From an uncultured Polyangiaceae bacterium (GTDB lineage: Bacteria > Myxococcota_A > Polyangia > Palsa-1104), in NCBI GenBank assembly GCA_964585665.1, contig CAZPEY010000002.1, positions 1 to 59,912 on the forward strand: a DNA stretch of 59,912 bases, given 5' to 3'. Positions 17,891-26,543 of this stretch are shown here, piece by piece (the first letter of the stretch is position 1; the number at the start of each line of letters is the position of its first letter). A program made the translations under genes and the position numbers. The notes beneath the pieces are model-generated. The model was not told the DNA's origin and did not search any database. It was given only the letters and a program-made list of their open reading frames with translations.

Positions 17891-18541
17891 ATGCGGCCTC
17901 GCTTCGCCTGGTCCCTGACGCTGTTCCTCTGCATGGCCGGACTCTTTCCGTCCGGTGCGCGCGCTCAGATCGCCATCGCCCATCAACCCGATCCCGCCGC
18001 GTTCTACGACGCCGTCACCAAGGCGCGCGTCGCGGGGCGCCCGACGGAGGCCGCCTTGCTGGCCAAGCGGCCCGAGGCCATCGACGTCGCGGCGCTGCGC
18101 AAGGCGATCGCCGAGCTCGATTGGGTCGACGTCGGTCCGTACCTCTACGTCGATCGTACGCTCGGAGTCGAGTACCTGAAGGACGAACCCTGCCAGCTCG
18201 ATCTGCACCGGTATCTGCCCGACGGGGGCGAGCTCCATTTTTCCTACAACGCCGCGTGCGCCGACAAGCGCAAGGGCAGCATCTCGCACACCAACTTCCA
18301 GAATCCTCCGTCGGTCAGGGTCGCGATCAAGCAGCTCGGAAAGGAGGCCTACTGGGAGAACACCGCCTACGGAGTCGCGGAGCTGCACCGCATCGTCTCG
18401 TTTCGCAACAACGTGCTGATCATCGACATCTCGCGCGACGGCAAGCCGCGCTCGAAGAAGGTCGCGTTCCGCGTCGTGCGGGTCGGGATTCCGCGCAGCT
18501 TTCCGTGGAGCTTCGGCGAGGCAACTCCGGCGGCGCGCTGA
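17891..18541 (+). CDS. Secreted hypothetical protein (216 aa)
   Basis: Signal peptide MRPRFAWSLTLFLCMAGLFPSGARA. It lies 36 nt downstream of the Cys-rich lipoprotein gene, with TAGGGGG before the ATG. I recognised no family. Confidence 0.6.
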   Translation: MRPRFAWSLTLFLCMAGLFPSGARAQIAIAHQPDPAAFYDAVTKARVAGRPTEAALLAKRPEAIDVAALRKAIAELDWVDVGPYLYVDRTLGVEYLKDEPCQLDLHRYLPDGGELHFSYNAACADKRKGSISHTNFQNPPSVRVAIKQLGKEAYWENTAYGVAELHRIVSFRNNVLIIDISRDGKPRSKKVAFRVVRVGIPRSFPWSFGEATPAAR

Positions 18542-18554
18542 TCGCGATTCACGG

Positions 18555-20504
18555 TCAGGGGCGCGCTGCGTGCGGGTCGATCTCGAACACCGCGACCGGG
18601 CGCGCGAAGCCCTTGACCGAGACCTCGCCGCGGGAGCGACCGACGAAGTGATCGTGCACGAGCGCGTAGGTGTCAGCGCTCAGGAGCACCGCGCCCGGCG
18701 TGTCCTTGCCTTCGAGGCGTGACGCCAGGTTCACCGCCTGGCCGATCGCCGTGTACTCGAGGCGGTTCTGGCTGCCGAAGCTGCCGACGGTGGCCTCCCC
18801 GGTGTGGATGCCCATGCGCGCCTGCAGGTCCTCTTCGATCAGGTGGCGCTCGCGCCAGCTCCGGTTGAGGACGCGCAGGCGCTGCTGCATCGCGATCGCC
18901 ATCTCGACGCAGCGGTTGGCCGCCTGCTCGGGCGTGGTCTCGACCGGGGCGCCGAACAGCACCATCACGGCGTCGCCGATGAACTTGTCGAGCGTGCCGC
19001 CGTGCTGGAAGGCGAGGTCCGCCATCTCGGAGAGGTACTCGTTGAGCACCGTCGACAGCTTGTCAGGATCGAGGCGCTCCGCGGTCTGCGTGAAGTCCTT
19101 CAGGTCGGAGAAGAAGATGGTCAGCGTGATGCGCCGCTTGTCCTCGATGGCGTCGCGGTGGCCGGTCAGCATGCGCTCGACGACCTGCGGTGGCAGGTAG
19201 CGATCGAGGTGCTGGCGATGGGCGAGCTCGTGGGCGCGCCGCGCCCCGAGGAGCGCGATCGTGTAGATGTTGCCGAGCGTGCGGAAGGCGGTCAGGCTCG
19301 ATGCGAGATACATCGTGTCGTCGCTGCGCCGGCCGAGCGCCAGGGCGCCGAGCGGCTTGGACTCATGCCAGAGCGGCGCGACGACCTCGTAGACGTCGAG
19401 CAGCGCCGAGCCCCCGCGCTGGCGGCGGAGCTGCTCGCACTCGACGACGAGATCGCTCGGCACCAGCCCCGCGAGCACCTCGTCCTGCTGGAGCTCCTCG
19501 GGATGGAGCATGGCAGCGTTCGACGCACCGAACGTCGACGCGCACAGCGAGAGCACGCGCGCACGCAGCAGCTCTTCGTCGAGCAACGTCATGATCTCGC
19601 TCGACGCACGCTCGACGCGGATCGGCGTCTCGTCCTCCCCGCTGCCGAGCGTCGCCGACAGCCAGCGTGGCAGCCGCGGTCCGAGCACCGCCAGCAGGAC
19701 CAGGCAGATCACGGCCGCGGCGACGTGCGTCGTCGTCGCCTCGCCGTGCAGGAAGCGCCGATCGATCTCGAGCACGAGCGCGTAGGCGCTGGCGAGCACG
19801 ACCGCCGTGAGCACCCAGCCGGCGGCGCGCGTCAGCCATTCACGGAACGAGATCAGCCGATAGCGCAGGCAGGCGTAGCCGAAGAGGACGACGAACGCGG
19901 GCATGCAGAGCGCGCTCACCGTCCCGCCGAACAGGTCGATGCCAAAGTGCGGCAGATAGTCGAGGAGGCTGCTCGCCAGGAAGCCGTAGGCGACGAGCAG
20001 GTACTTGGCGCGGTTGCGATCGAGCGGGTGCGCGGTGCGAAAGTTGTGGAGCAGGATCGCGAGGCCGAACAGCGCAGGCAGCGCGCTCAAGATGGGGCTC
20101 AACACGAACAGGGGATTGCCGCCGACGTAGATGCCCCACGGGTAGCGGTGGATGCGGCCCGAGAAGTAGACGTCCGTGAGCCACACGGTGCCGAGGTTGG
20201 CGAGCGCCGCCAGCGCGATGGCGACGCGCGCCGGACGCACCACCGGCATGCGACACATCAGCGCCGCCGAGACGAGCCCACAGGTCGTTGCGACGAAGGC
20301 CGCCGTCATGTTGACGCGCGCCGCCAGCAGTGCCCACGCCTCGGACCGCGTCTCGATGAACAGTCCGACGCACACCGCTGCACAGGCCAGGCAGAGGAGG
20401 GCGAACCAGACCCGCACCTGGCGCTCCTCCCCCGAAGCCGAGACGAGCGCGGCCATGCCGAGGATCAACAGCGCCGCGAAGAGGAGCATGCGAGACGGTA
20501 GCAC
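18555..20504 (-). CDS. Membrane-anchored class III adenylate/guanylate cyclase
   Basis: The N-terminal ~280 aa carry multiple hydrophobic helices and the central region is GAF-like. The C-terminal cyclase domain reads ITLTIFFSDLKDFTQTAE...FIGDAVMVLFGAP...RMGIHTGEATVGSFGSQNRLEYTAIGQAVNLASRLEG. Confidence 0.85.
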   Translation of the reverse strand: MLPSRMLLFAALLILGMAALVSASGEERQVRVWFALLCLACAAVCVGLFIETRSEAWALLAARVNMTAAFVATTCGLVSAALMCRMPVVRPARVAIALAALANLGTVWLTDVYFSGRIHRYPWGIYVGGNPLFVLSPILSALPALFGLAILLHNFRTAHPLDRNRAKYLLVAYGFLASSLLDYLPHFGIDLFGGTVSALCMPAFVVLFGYACLRYRLISFREWLTRAAGWVLTAVVLASAYALVLEIDRRFLHGEATTTHVAAAVICLVLLAVLGPRLPRWLSATLGSGEDETPIRVERASSEIMTLLDEELLRARVLSLCASTFGASNAAMLHPEELQQDEVLAGLVPSDLVVECEQLRRQRGGSALLDVYEVVAPLWHESKPLGALALGRRSDDTMYLASSLTAFRTLGNIYTIALLGARRAHELAHRQHLDRYLPPQVVERMLTGHRDAIEDKRRITLTIFFSDLKDFTQTAERLDPDKLSTVLNEYLSEMADLAFQHGGTLDKFIGDAVMVLFGAPVETTPEQAANRCVEMAIAMQQRLRVLNRSWRERHLIEEDLQARMGIHTGEATVGSFGSQNRLEYTAIGQAVNLASRLEGKDTPGAVLLSADTYALVHDHFVGRSRGEVSVKGFARPVAVFEIDPHAARP

Positions 20505-20586
20505 GCCCGCTTTACAGTTGCGCGGCGCTGGTCGATGCTCCGCGCGGCCGGCTCAAACGGATCGGCACCTGGATCGGAGGGACACG

Positions 20587-22179
20587 ATGCTCGGGCTCAT
20601 GATGGATCAACCGCTGCTCATCTCGAATCAGCTCGAGTTCGCGGCGCGCTTCTTCCCCAACGTCGAGATCGTGTCGCGCAACGTCGACGGCAGCATCCAC
20701 CGCACGACCTGGGGGCAGGTGGCGGCGCGGAGCCGCCAGCTCGGCCACGCGCTGCGTCGCCTCGGCGTGCAGCCTGGCGATCGCGTCGCGACGATCGCGT
20801 GGAACAACCATCGCCACCTCGAGCTCTACTTCGCGGTGTCAGGCATCGGCGCGGTGCTGCACACGATCAACCCGCGGCTGTCGCCCGAGCAGCTCGTCTA
20901 CATCGTCGATCACGCCGAGGATCTGGCGCTCTTTTTCGATGCGACCTTCGCCAAGCTCGCCGACCTCCTGCGCGCGCGCCCGGACTCGACAGTGCGCCAC
21001 TTCTTCGCCCTCGACGACGCCCAGTACGAGCCGCTGCTCGCGCCGGAGAGCACCGAGCTCGCCTGGCCGCAGCTCGACGAGAAGAGCGCTTCGTCCCTGT
21101 GCTACACGTCGGGCACGTCGGGCAACCCCAAGGGCGTGCTCTATTCGCATCGCTCGACGGTGCTGCACTCGTACGCGATCGCGATGGCCGACGCGCTGGC
21201 GTTCTCGGCCGCCGACGTGATCCTGCCGGTCGTGCCGATGTTCCACGTCAACGCGTGGGGCGTGCCCTACGCGGCCGCCATGGTCGGTGCCAAGCTGGTG
21301 CTGCCCGGGCCGGGGCTCGACGGCAAGTCGCTCCACCAGCTGATTGTCGACGAGCAGGTGACCAGCCTGCTCGGTGTGCCGACGGTGTGGCTCAACCTGC
21401 TCGCGCACCTGCGCGCGGCCGGCGCCAAGCTGACGACGGTGCGCAAGGTCGTCATCGGTGGCTCAGCGGCAGCGCCGAGTCTCATCGAGGCGTTCGAGAA
21501 GGAGCACGGCGCCCGCGTGCTGCACGCGTGGGGCATGACCGAGATGAGCCCGCTCGGCACCGTCAGCGTGCTGCTGCCCAAGCACGCGGCGCTCGGCGAG
21601 GCGGAGCGCCTCGCCATCAAGGCCAAGCAGGGGCGGCCGATCTTCGGCGTCGATCTGCGACTCGTCGACGACACCGGCCAGGTCGTGCCCAACGACGGCG
21701 CGACCTCGGGCCACCTGCAGGTGCGCGGGCCGTGGATCGCCAGCGCCTACTTCAAGCGGGAGCACGACGACACGCACCGCGACGGCTGGTTCGCCACCGG
21801 TGACATCGCGACCATCGATGGCGACGCGTTCATGCAGATCACCGATCGCAGCAAGGACGTCATCAAGTCGGGCGGCGAGTGGATCTCCAGCATCGATCTC
21901 GAGAACGCGGCGATGAGCTGCCCCGGTGTGGCGCAGGCCGCGGCCATCGGGGTCGCGCACCCCAAGTGGGCCGAGCGCCCGCTGCTGCTCGTCGTCAAGG
22001 CGCCGGGGGCCGAGCCGACGCGCGAGGCGATCGCGGCGCACCTCGCGGCGCGGCTGCCCAAGTGGTGGCTGCCGGACGCCATCGAGTTCATCGAGGCGCT
22101 GCCGCTCGGGGCGACCGGCAAGGTGCTCAAGCGAGCGCTGCGCGAGCGCTTCGCCGACTACCAGCTCCCGTCGGCCTGA
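20587..22179 (+). CDS. Long/medium-chain fatty-acid--CoA ligase (AMP-forming acyl-CoA synthetase)
   Basis: Start at ATG 20587 after GGAGGG (MLGLMMDQPLLISNQLEFAARFFP). AMP-binding motif LCYTSGTSGNPKGVLYSHRS. C-terminal GWFATGD...SGGEWISS...GKVLK. Confidence 0.85.
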   Translation: MLGLMMDQPLLISNQLEFAARFFPNVEIVSRNVDGSIHRTTWGQVAARSRQLGHALRRLGVQPGDRVATIAWNNHRHLELYFAVSGIGAVLHTINPRLSPEQLVYIVDHAEDLALFFDATFAKLADLLRARPDSTVRHFFALDDAQYEPLLAPESTELAWPQLDEKSASSLCYTSGTSGNPKGVLYSHRSTVLHSYAIAMADALAFSAADVILPVVPMFHVNAWGVPYAAAMVGAKLVLPGPGLDGKSLHQLIVDEQVTSLLGVPTVWLNLLAHLRAAGAKLTTVRKVVIGGSAAAPSLIEAFEKEHGARVLHAWGMTEMSPLGTVSVLLPKHAALGEAERLAIKAKQGRPIFGVDLRLVDDTGQVVPNDGATSGHLQVRGPWIASAYFKREHDDTHRDGWFATGDIATIDGDAFMQITDRSKDVIKSGGEWISSIDLENAAMSCPGVAQAAAIGVAHPKWAERPLLLVVKAPGAEPTREAIAAHLAARLPKWWLPDAIEFIEALPLGATGKVLKRALRERFADYQLPSA

Positions 22180-23573
22180 CCGTCGGTCGTCTCGGGGCCG
22201 ACCCCGGCGAGGAAGTCGGTCGCAGCGGCGTGGACCTCGGCGCGCACCCGGTCCTCGTCGATGCGCAGCGAGCGGCCGTCTCTTAGCACCAGCTCGCCGT
22301 CCACGATCGCGGTGTCGATCTGCAGGCCGGGGAGGCCGCACGCCAGGTGGCGCCCCAGGCTCTCCTCGGTGAGCTGCAGCCCCGACGCGTAGCGACCGAC
22401 GACGAGGTCGGCTGGCGCGCCGGGCTCCAGGCGGCCGAACGGCGCGGCGAAGAGCTGCGCCATCAGGCTCTGGTGATGGGCGAAGAGCTGCACGGGGATC
22501 GTGTCCTTGCCGTCCTGCCACTGCCCCTCGGTCGCCTCGGCGAAGGCGGCGTAGATCGAGGGCGGTGCGCTGCCGGTGCCGAGGAGCCAGCGCTCGGCGG
22601 ACGGCAGGCGCCTACCGTCGGGGAGGCCGAGGCGGCGGTTCTCGCGCGGTAGGGCGACGAGCGCCGCGCCGAAGCCCGCCGCGGTGGCGAGGTCGTCCGC
22701 CTCGAAGAGCGCGCCGCCCGTCAGGAGCGTCCGTTCGTGCAGCAGGCCGTGCCAGCGCAGCCAGTCGAGCGCCCGCTGCCCGTCCTTGTTCTGGTCGAGG
22801 CTCGACGACGCGAAGTCGATCGAGATCGGCACCTGGAAGCGCGCCGACTGATCGGCGAGGCGATCGGCGAGGGTCCCATCGAGGCTGCCGACCGATTCGG
22901 CGGCGCACAGGCCGCGCACCAGGCGCGGTGTCTTGCTGCATTGCAGCAGAAATTGCTCCGAGTCACGCAGCGCCTGCTTGGCAGGTTCGACGCCGAGGCG
23001 GTTGCTGATCTCGACGCCGAGCTGACCGCGCAGCCCGACCCGCTCGAGCGCCTCGGCGAGCGCTGGCAGGACGCGGCCGCCGAGCTCCAGTGAGTGTCGG
23101 TGGAGCACCGTCGTCACGCCGCTGCGCAGCGCCTCGAGCGCGAAGAGCTGCGCCGTGCCGAGGAGCAGCGCCTCGGGCAGCACGCTCTCGTAGCGCCAAA
23201 GGCCGCTGCGCAGCCGCTGCTGCAGGTTGGTCGCGGCGGGGCGCGGCAGCAGGCGCAGCAACGGCCCGTGCACGCGCGCGAACGCGTTGAGCTGCCCGGG
23301 CAGCACGACGAGGCCCTGGCAATCGACGACGGTCGCGCCAGGCGGCTCTGTCTCGCCGACGCCGCGGATGCGACCGCGTTCGATCAGCAGATCGCCGCGC
23401 CGCACCCGCAGCGGCTCGATCTCGACCAGCAACCCGCCGCGCAGGACGATTGGCGCCGCGGACTTCGCCGCGCTCTGGGGCGCGCTCCGCGGGGTCGGCG
23501 CCGCCGGAGCGGGCGCGACGGCGGGCGAGTCGGACTTGGTCGTGCGAGTGCGCGAGCGCGGCGTGGTGGCCAT
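22158..23573 (-). CDS. Amidohydrolase-superfamily (chlorohydrolase/SsnA-like) homologue that appears to lack the canonical metal ligands
   Basis: Fold-typical N-terminus LLIERGRIRGVGE...ATVVDCQGLVVLPGQLNAFARV (NAFARV where the family has NAHTHL). Later GTGSAPPS sits where GTD is expected. The start at ATG 23573 is chosen over the 665-aa track ORF, which would swallow the upstream OMP gene in another frame. Confidence 0.55.
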   Translation of the reverse strand: MATTPRSRTRTTKSDSPAVAPAPAAPTPRSAPQSAAKSAAPIVLRGGLLVEIEPLRVRRGDLLIERGRIRGVGETEPPGATVVDCQGLVVLPGQLNAFARVHGPLLRLLPRPAATNLQQRLRSGLWRYESVLPEALLLGTAQLFALEALRSGVTTVLHRHSLELGGRVLPALAEALERVGLRGQLGVEISNRLGVEPAKQALRDSEQFLLQCSKTPRLVRGLCAAESVGSLDGTLADRLADQSARFQVPISIDFASSSLDQNKDGQRALDWLRWHGLLHERTLLTGGALFEADDLATAAGFGAALVALPRENRRLGLPDGRRLPSAERWLLGTGSAPPSIYAAFAEATEGQWQDGKDTIPVQLFAHHQSLMAQLFAAPFGRLEPGAPADLVVGRYASGLQLTEESLGRHLACGLPGLQIDTAIVDGELVLRDGRSLRIDEDRVRAEVHAAATDFLAGVGPETTDGQADGSW

Positions 23574-23578
23574 GAGGA

Positions 23579-24178
23579 TCAGAGTCTCCCGCCGATGCTG
23601 AGCACGGCGTCGAAGTCGACGGCGACGAACCGGCCGGCGCTGTCGTTGAAGTCGAAGATCGCGATCGTCGGGCCGAACCAGGCCCCGACCTCGAGATACT
23701 TGATGGGGAAGAACAGGAGGCCGGCGCCGGGCGAGACCGCGACGGACAGCGAGTCGTACTCGACCTTGGGGAGGCCGCGGATGCGCGTCCAGCCGCCGCA
23801 GTAGTCGAGGCCGAGCCCCGCCCGCAGGAAGAAAGCCCCCTTCGGAAAGGGGATGCCGAGGCGGCCGCCGATCGTCGCGCGCGTCCGGGTGTAGCGGGCG
23901 TCGAGGCCGCGGTCCCAGTAGGTCGAGTCGCGCGGATTCTGGGCGATCGCCTCGACGGTGAGCTCGGGACCGAGCAAGACGTGCTTGTGGACCTGCCACT
24001 CGATCCCGGCGCGAAACGAGAACTTGTAGGAGGCGGCGAAGCGGTGACGCCACTCGCTGCCACCGACGGGGACGCTGACCCCGTTGCCGATGTCGGCGTA
24101 CAACACGCCGCGGGCCTCCGCCGGCGTCGCCGCGAGCAGGAGCACGAACCAGCAACCGAGCAGTCGATGCGCCAACAC
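23579..24178 (-). CDS. Small outer-membrane beta-barrel protein (OmpW/OmpA-beta-barrel-like, 199 aa)
   Basis: Signal peptide MLAHRLLGCWFVLLLAATPAEA, then alternating hydrophobic/aromatic beta-strand pattern throughout. Confidence 0.6.
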   Translation of the reverse strand: MLAHRLLGCWFVLLLAATPAEARGVLYADIGNGVSVPVGGSEWRHRFAASYKFSFRAGIEWQVHKHVLLGPELTVEAIAQNPRDSTYWDRGLDARYTRTRATIGGRLGIPFPKGAFFLRAGLGLDYCGGWTRIRGLPKVEYDSLSVAVSPGAGLLFFPIKYLEVGAWFGPTIAIFDFNDSAGRFVAVDFDAVLSIGGRL

Positions 24179-24179
24179 G

Positions 24180-24761
24180 TCAGTACCGTAGACCGAGGCC
24201 GACGGCGAGCGCCAGGGTTGCCTCCGGGATCGACGGCGGCGAGCCGGTGTGTCCGTCGATGTCGAGGCGCGCCGCGAAGATCATCGCCGAGCGGCCATCG
24301 CGAAACTGCACGAGGTCGACCCCGATCGCGACGAAGCCGCCGTAGGAGACGCCGCGGATCGGCCCGTCGCGGAGCTGCCCGCCGGTGAGGCCGATGCGGA
24401 CGCGGACGCGCTGGTTGGCCTGGAGCTGCACCGCCAGCCCCCCCTTGCCGTCCATGTAGAGCTGGCCCGCGTGTCGTCCGATGAGGAAGCGGCCGTTGCC
24501 GACCAGCGCCAGGCCAGGCCGGACCTCGAAGCCGAGAGACATCTCGCCGCCGCCCGCGAGGGTCTCGAAGCCGGGGGCGTCGCCGGTCGAGACGATCGCG
24601 GTGCGCCAGCCACCGGTGCCGATCTGCCACTCGGCGACGAAGCGCTCGCGCAGCCAGACGATCGCGTTGCTCTCGGGCTTGGCGGTCGTCTGCTCGGCCG
24701 CCTGCGCGCTCGTCGCTGCGACGAGCCCCAGCAGCACCAGACCGGCGCAGCTAGCGCGCAT
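24180..24761 (-). CDS. Small outer-membrane beta-barrel protein (193 aa)
   Basis: Start re-set to ATG 24761 (MRASCAGLVLLGLVAATSAQA signal peptide, AAGGA upstream). Alternating strand pattern and a C-terminal ...LAVGLGLRY ending in an aromatic residue. Confidence 0.6.
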   Translation of the reverse strand: MRASCAGLVLLGLVAATSAQAAEQTTAKPESNAIVWLRERFVAEWQIGTGGWRTAIVSTGDAPGFETLAGGGEMSLGFEVRPGLALVGNGRFLIGRHAGQLYMDGKGGLAVQLQANQRVRVRIGLTGGQLRDGPIRGVSYGGFVAIGVDLVQFRDGRSAMIFAARLDIDGHTGSPPSIPEATLALAVGLGLRY

Positions 24762-25539
24762 GTTCCTTCGCGGATCCCGCGTCGTCCTGCTCCTTGGGCG
24801 AGCGCTTGCTGCAGTCGGAGCCATGCGGTCGGGTTGGCGCGAAGTCGTAGACGTTGAGGGTCATCTCGACCTCGAGCGCCGTGAGCGTGTGATCGGGCGC
24901 GTGCGTACCGGCGAACCGGATCTCCTGAACGCGCACGGAGCCGCAGCGATCGTGGATGCCGCGCTCGACGGTGCGGAGCTGCTTGATCCAGTCGGCCACG
25001 TCGACGTCGCGGCATGGGCCCTGGGTGCTGCAGCGGAAGGCCAGCGAGTCGTACCAGCTCTCGGCCTGCTGCCCCCACTCCTTGATCTGGAGGAGCGGCG
25101 CGATGCCTCCCTCGGGCCGCAGCGCCTCGACGCGATAGCGCACGCGGTGCTTGCCGTTGGGGAGATCGACGTAGCCGCAGGCCGCCTCGGGCTCGGCCGC
25201 GCCTGGCTTCTCGAAGGTGCCGTGGCCCGCGATGGTGAGCTTGACGTCGTCCGTGGTGCGGCCGATGCGCAGCTCGAAGCGCTTCTTGCCCGCCGGCACC
25301 CCCTCCTCCTTGCGGGTGTCGATCGCGTTGCCGAAGTTGTCGAGCTCGCGACAGGCGCAGGTCGCGCCCTGGCAGCGCACGCCGCTCATGGTCATGGCGC
25401 GCTCGACCGGCATCGCGGGCAGCCGCCCGTCGCTGGCGCTCGGCGGATCGGGGTTGGTCGTCGAGGCGGTGCCGCCGCAGGCGGCGAGCAGCAGCAGGCC
25501 AGGGAGGACCCGAGACAGGGGGCGAAGCGTGGTCGGCAT
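24751..25539 (-). CDS. Lipoprotein of unknown function (262 aa)
   Basis: Lipobox LLLLAAC, several Cys pairs, no recognisable family. Its end overlaps the next gene start by 11 nt. Confidence 0.65.
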   Translation of the reverse strand: MPTTLRPLSRVLPGLLLLAACGGTASTTNPDPPSASDGRLPAMPVERAMTMSGVRCQGATCACRELDNFGNAIDTRKEEGVPAGKKRFELRIGRTTDDVKLTIAGHGTFEKPGAAEPEAACGYVDLPNGKHRVRYRVEALRPEGGIAPLLQIKEWGQQAESWYDSLAFRCSTQGPCRDVDVADWIKQLRTVERGIHDRCGSVRVQEIRFAGTHAPDHTLTALEVEMTLNVYDFAPTRPHGSDCSKRSPKEQDDAGSAKEHAR

Positions 25540-25560
25540 CGTCCCGTGAAGAGTACCCGA

Positions 25561-26121
25561 TCAGGACTCCCGATAGTGCGGCCAGTTCGTCGGCCGGCTC
25601 CTCGCCACCGCGGCGTCGTAGAGGCGCAGCAGCGGCTCGCGATGCTCCGGCTCGCCAACCGAGGCGAGGGCGGCGGCGATCGCCTCGAGCGTCGAGACGC
25701 CGCCAGGAGCCGCGCGGCGAAAGCGGACGCGCGGCGTCGACTCGACGGACAGGCGCGGCAGCGCCGCGAGGCGTGGGTGGCGCTGCAGCATGCGTCGACA
25801 CTGCCCCCAGGTCCCGTCGAGCAAGAGCAAGCGTGCAGGCGGATTTGGTAAAGTAGCTTGACCACCTGGAAAGACGAGCGCCGTCCCCTCCGCCACGAGC
25901 GCGTCGAGATCGAGCACATCGCCGATGCCGCCGTAGTCGACGAGGGTCAGTCGCTCGAGCGCCAGCGCGGCGAGACGGACGCTGTTGGAGGACCGGTTCT
26001 GTTCGGCGCGGTGGCGCAGCACGAAGATCGGGGTGCGATTGCCGAGACGCTCGACGAGCGCGCAGATGCAGCCTCTCTGATGGAGGCGGCAGCTCTGGCA
26101 GCGGAACGGTTCGTCGAGCAT
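25561..26121 (-). CDS. DTW-domain protein (tRNA-uridine aminocarboxypropyltransferase family)
   Basis: N-terminal Cys motif CQSCRLHQRGCIC and the eponymous LLLLDGTWGQCRRM motif. 186 aa. Confidence 0.75.
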   Translation of the reverse strand: MLDEPFRCQSCRLHQRGCICALVERLGNRTPIFVLRHRAEQNRSSNSVRLAALALERLTLVDYGGIGDVLDLDALVAEGTALVFPGGQATLPNPPARLLLLDGTWGQCRRMLQRHPRLAALPRLSVESTPRVRFRRAAPGGVSTLEAIAAALASVGEPEHREPLLRLYDAAVARSRPTNWPHYRES

Positions 26122-26156
26122 CGAGCGTCGAATTGTGCGATAGGAAGGGCGTCGTG

Positions 26157-26540
26157 ATGAAGAGATTTGCGACCCGCACGGTCGAGGTGGCGCTAGACGA
26201 GGAGGGGATCGTCGCGGCCCGGATCCAGCCAGGCCAGGTGCAGACCGTCGAGGACGCGCGCGCCAACCTGGCCGCTGCGTTCGCTGCCTGCGGCGGACTT
26301 CGTCGACCGCTGCTGCTCGACCTGCGCCATGCGGTCGAGCAGCCGGCCGAGGTTCGGCACGTCTACTCGGGGCCGGTGATGAACGAGTTCTTCACCGCCA
26401 TTGCGCTGCTCGTGCGGGCGCGTCCCCTCGAACGGATCATCGCCTCGATCTACTTGCGGGTCACCAAGCCGAACTTGCCGACGCGCCTGTTCGAGGACGA
26501 GGACGCGGCGCGGATCTGGCTGCGTCAGGCGACCTCGTGA
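26157..26540 (+). CDS. Small hypothetical protein, possibly a STAS/SpoIIAA-like partner of the downstream kinase
   Basis: 127-aa frame from ATG 26157 (GGAAGGG upstream). It ends 3 nt before the kinase start. The fold assignment is only a guess from the sequence pattern. Confidence 0.4.
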   Translation: MKRFATRTVEVALDEEGIVAARIQPGQVQTVEDARANLAAAFAACGGLRRPLLLDLRHAVEQPAEVRHVYSGPVMNEFFTAIALLVRARPLERIIASIYLRVTKPNLPTRLFEDEDAARIWLRQATS

Positions 26541-26543
26541 CGT

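Noticed and set aside
22963-26266. Long minus-strand ORFs 22963-24630 (555 aa) and 24281-26266 (661 aa)
   Set aside because: They are extreme Arg/Pro/Ala/Ser frames overlapping four shorter same-strand genes in another frame. Each of those four genes has a proper signal peptide and a normal composition.
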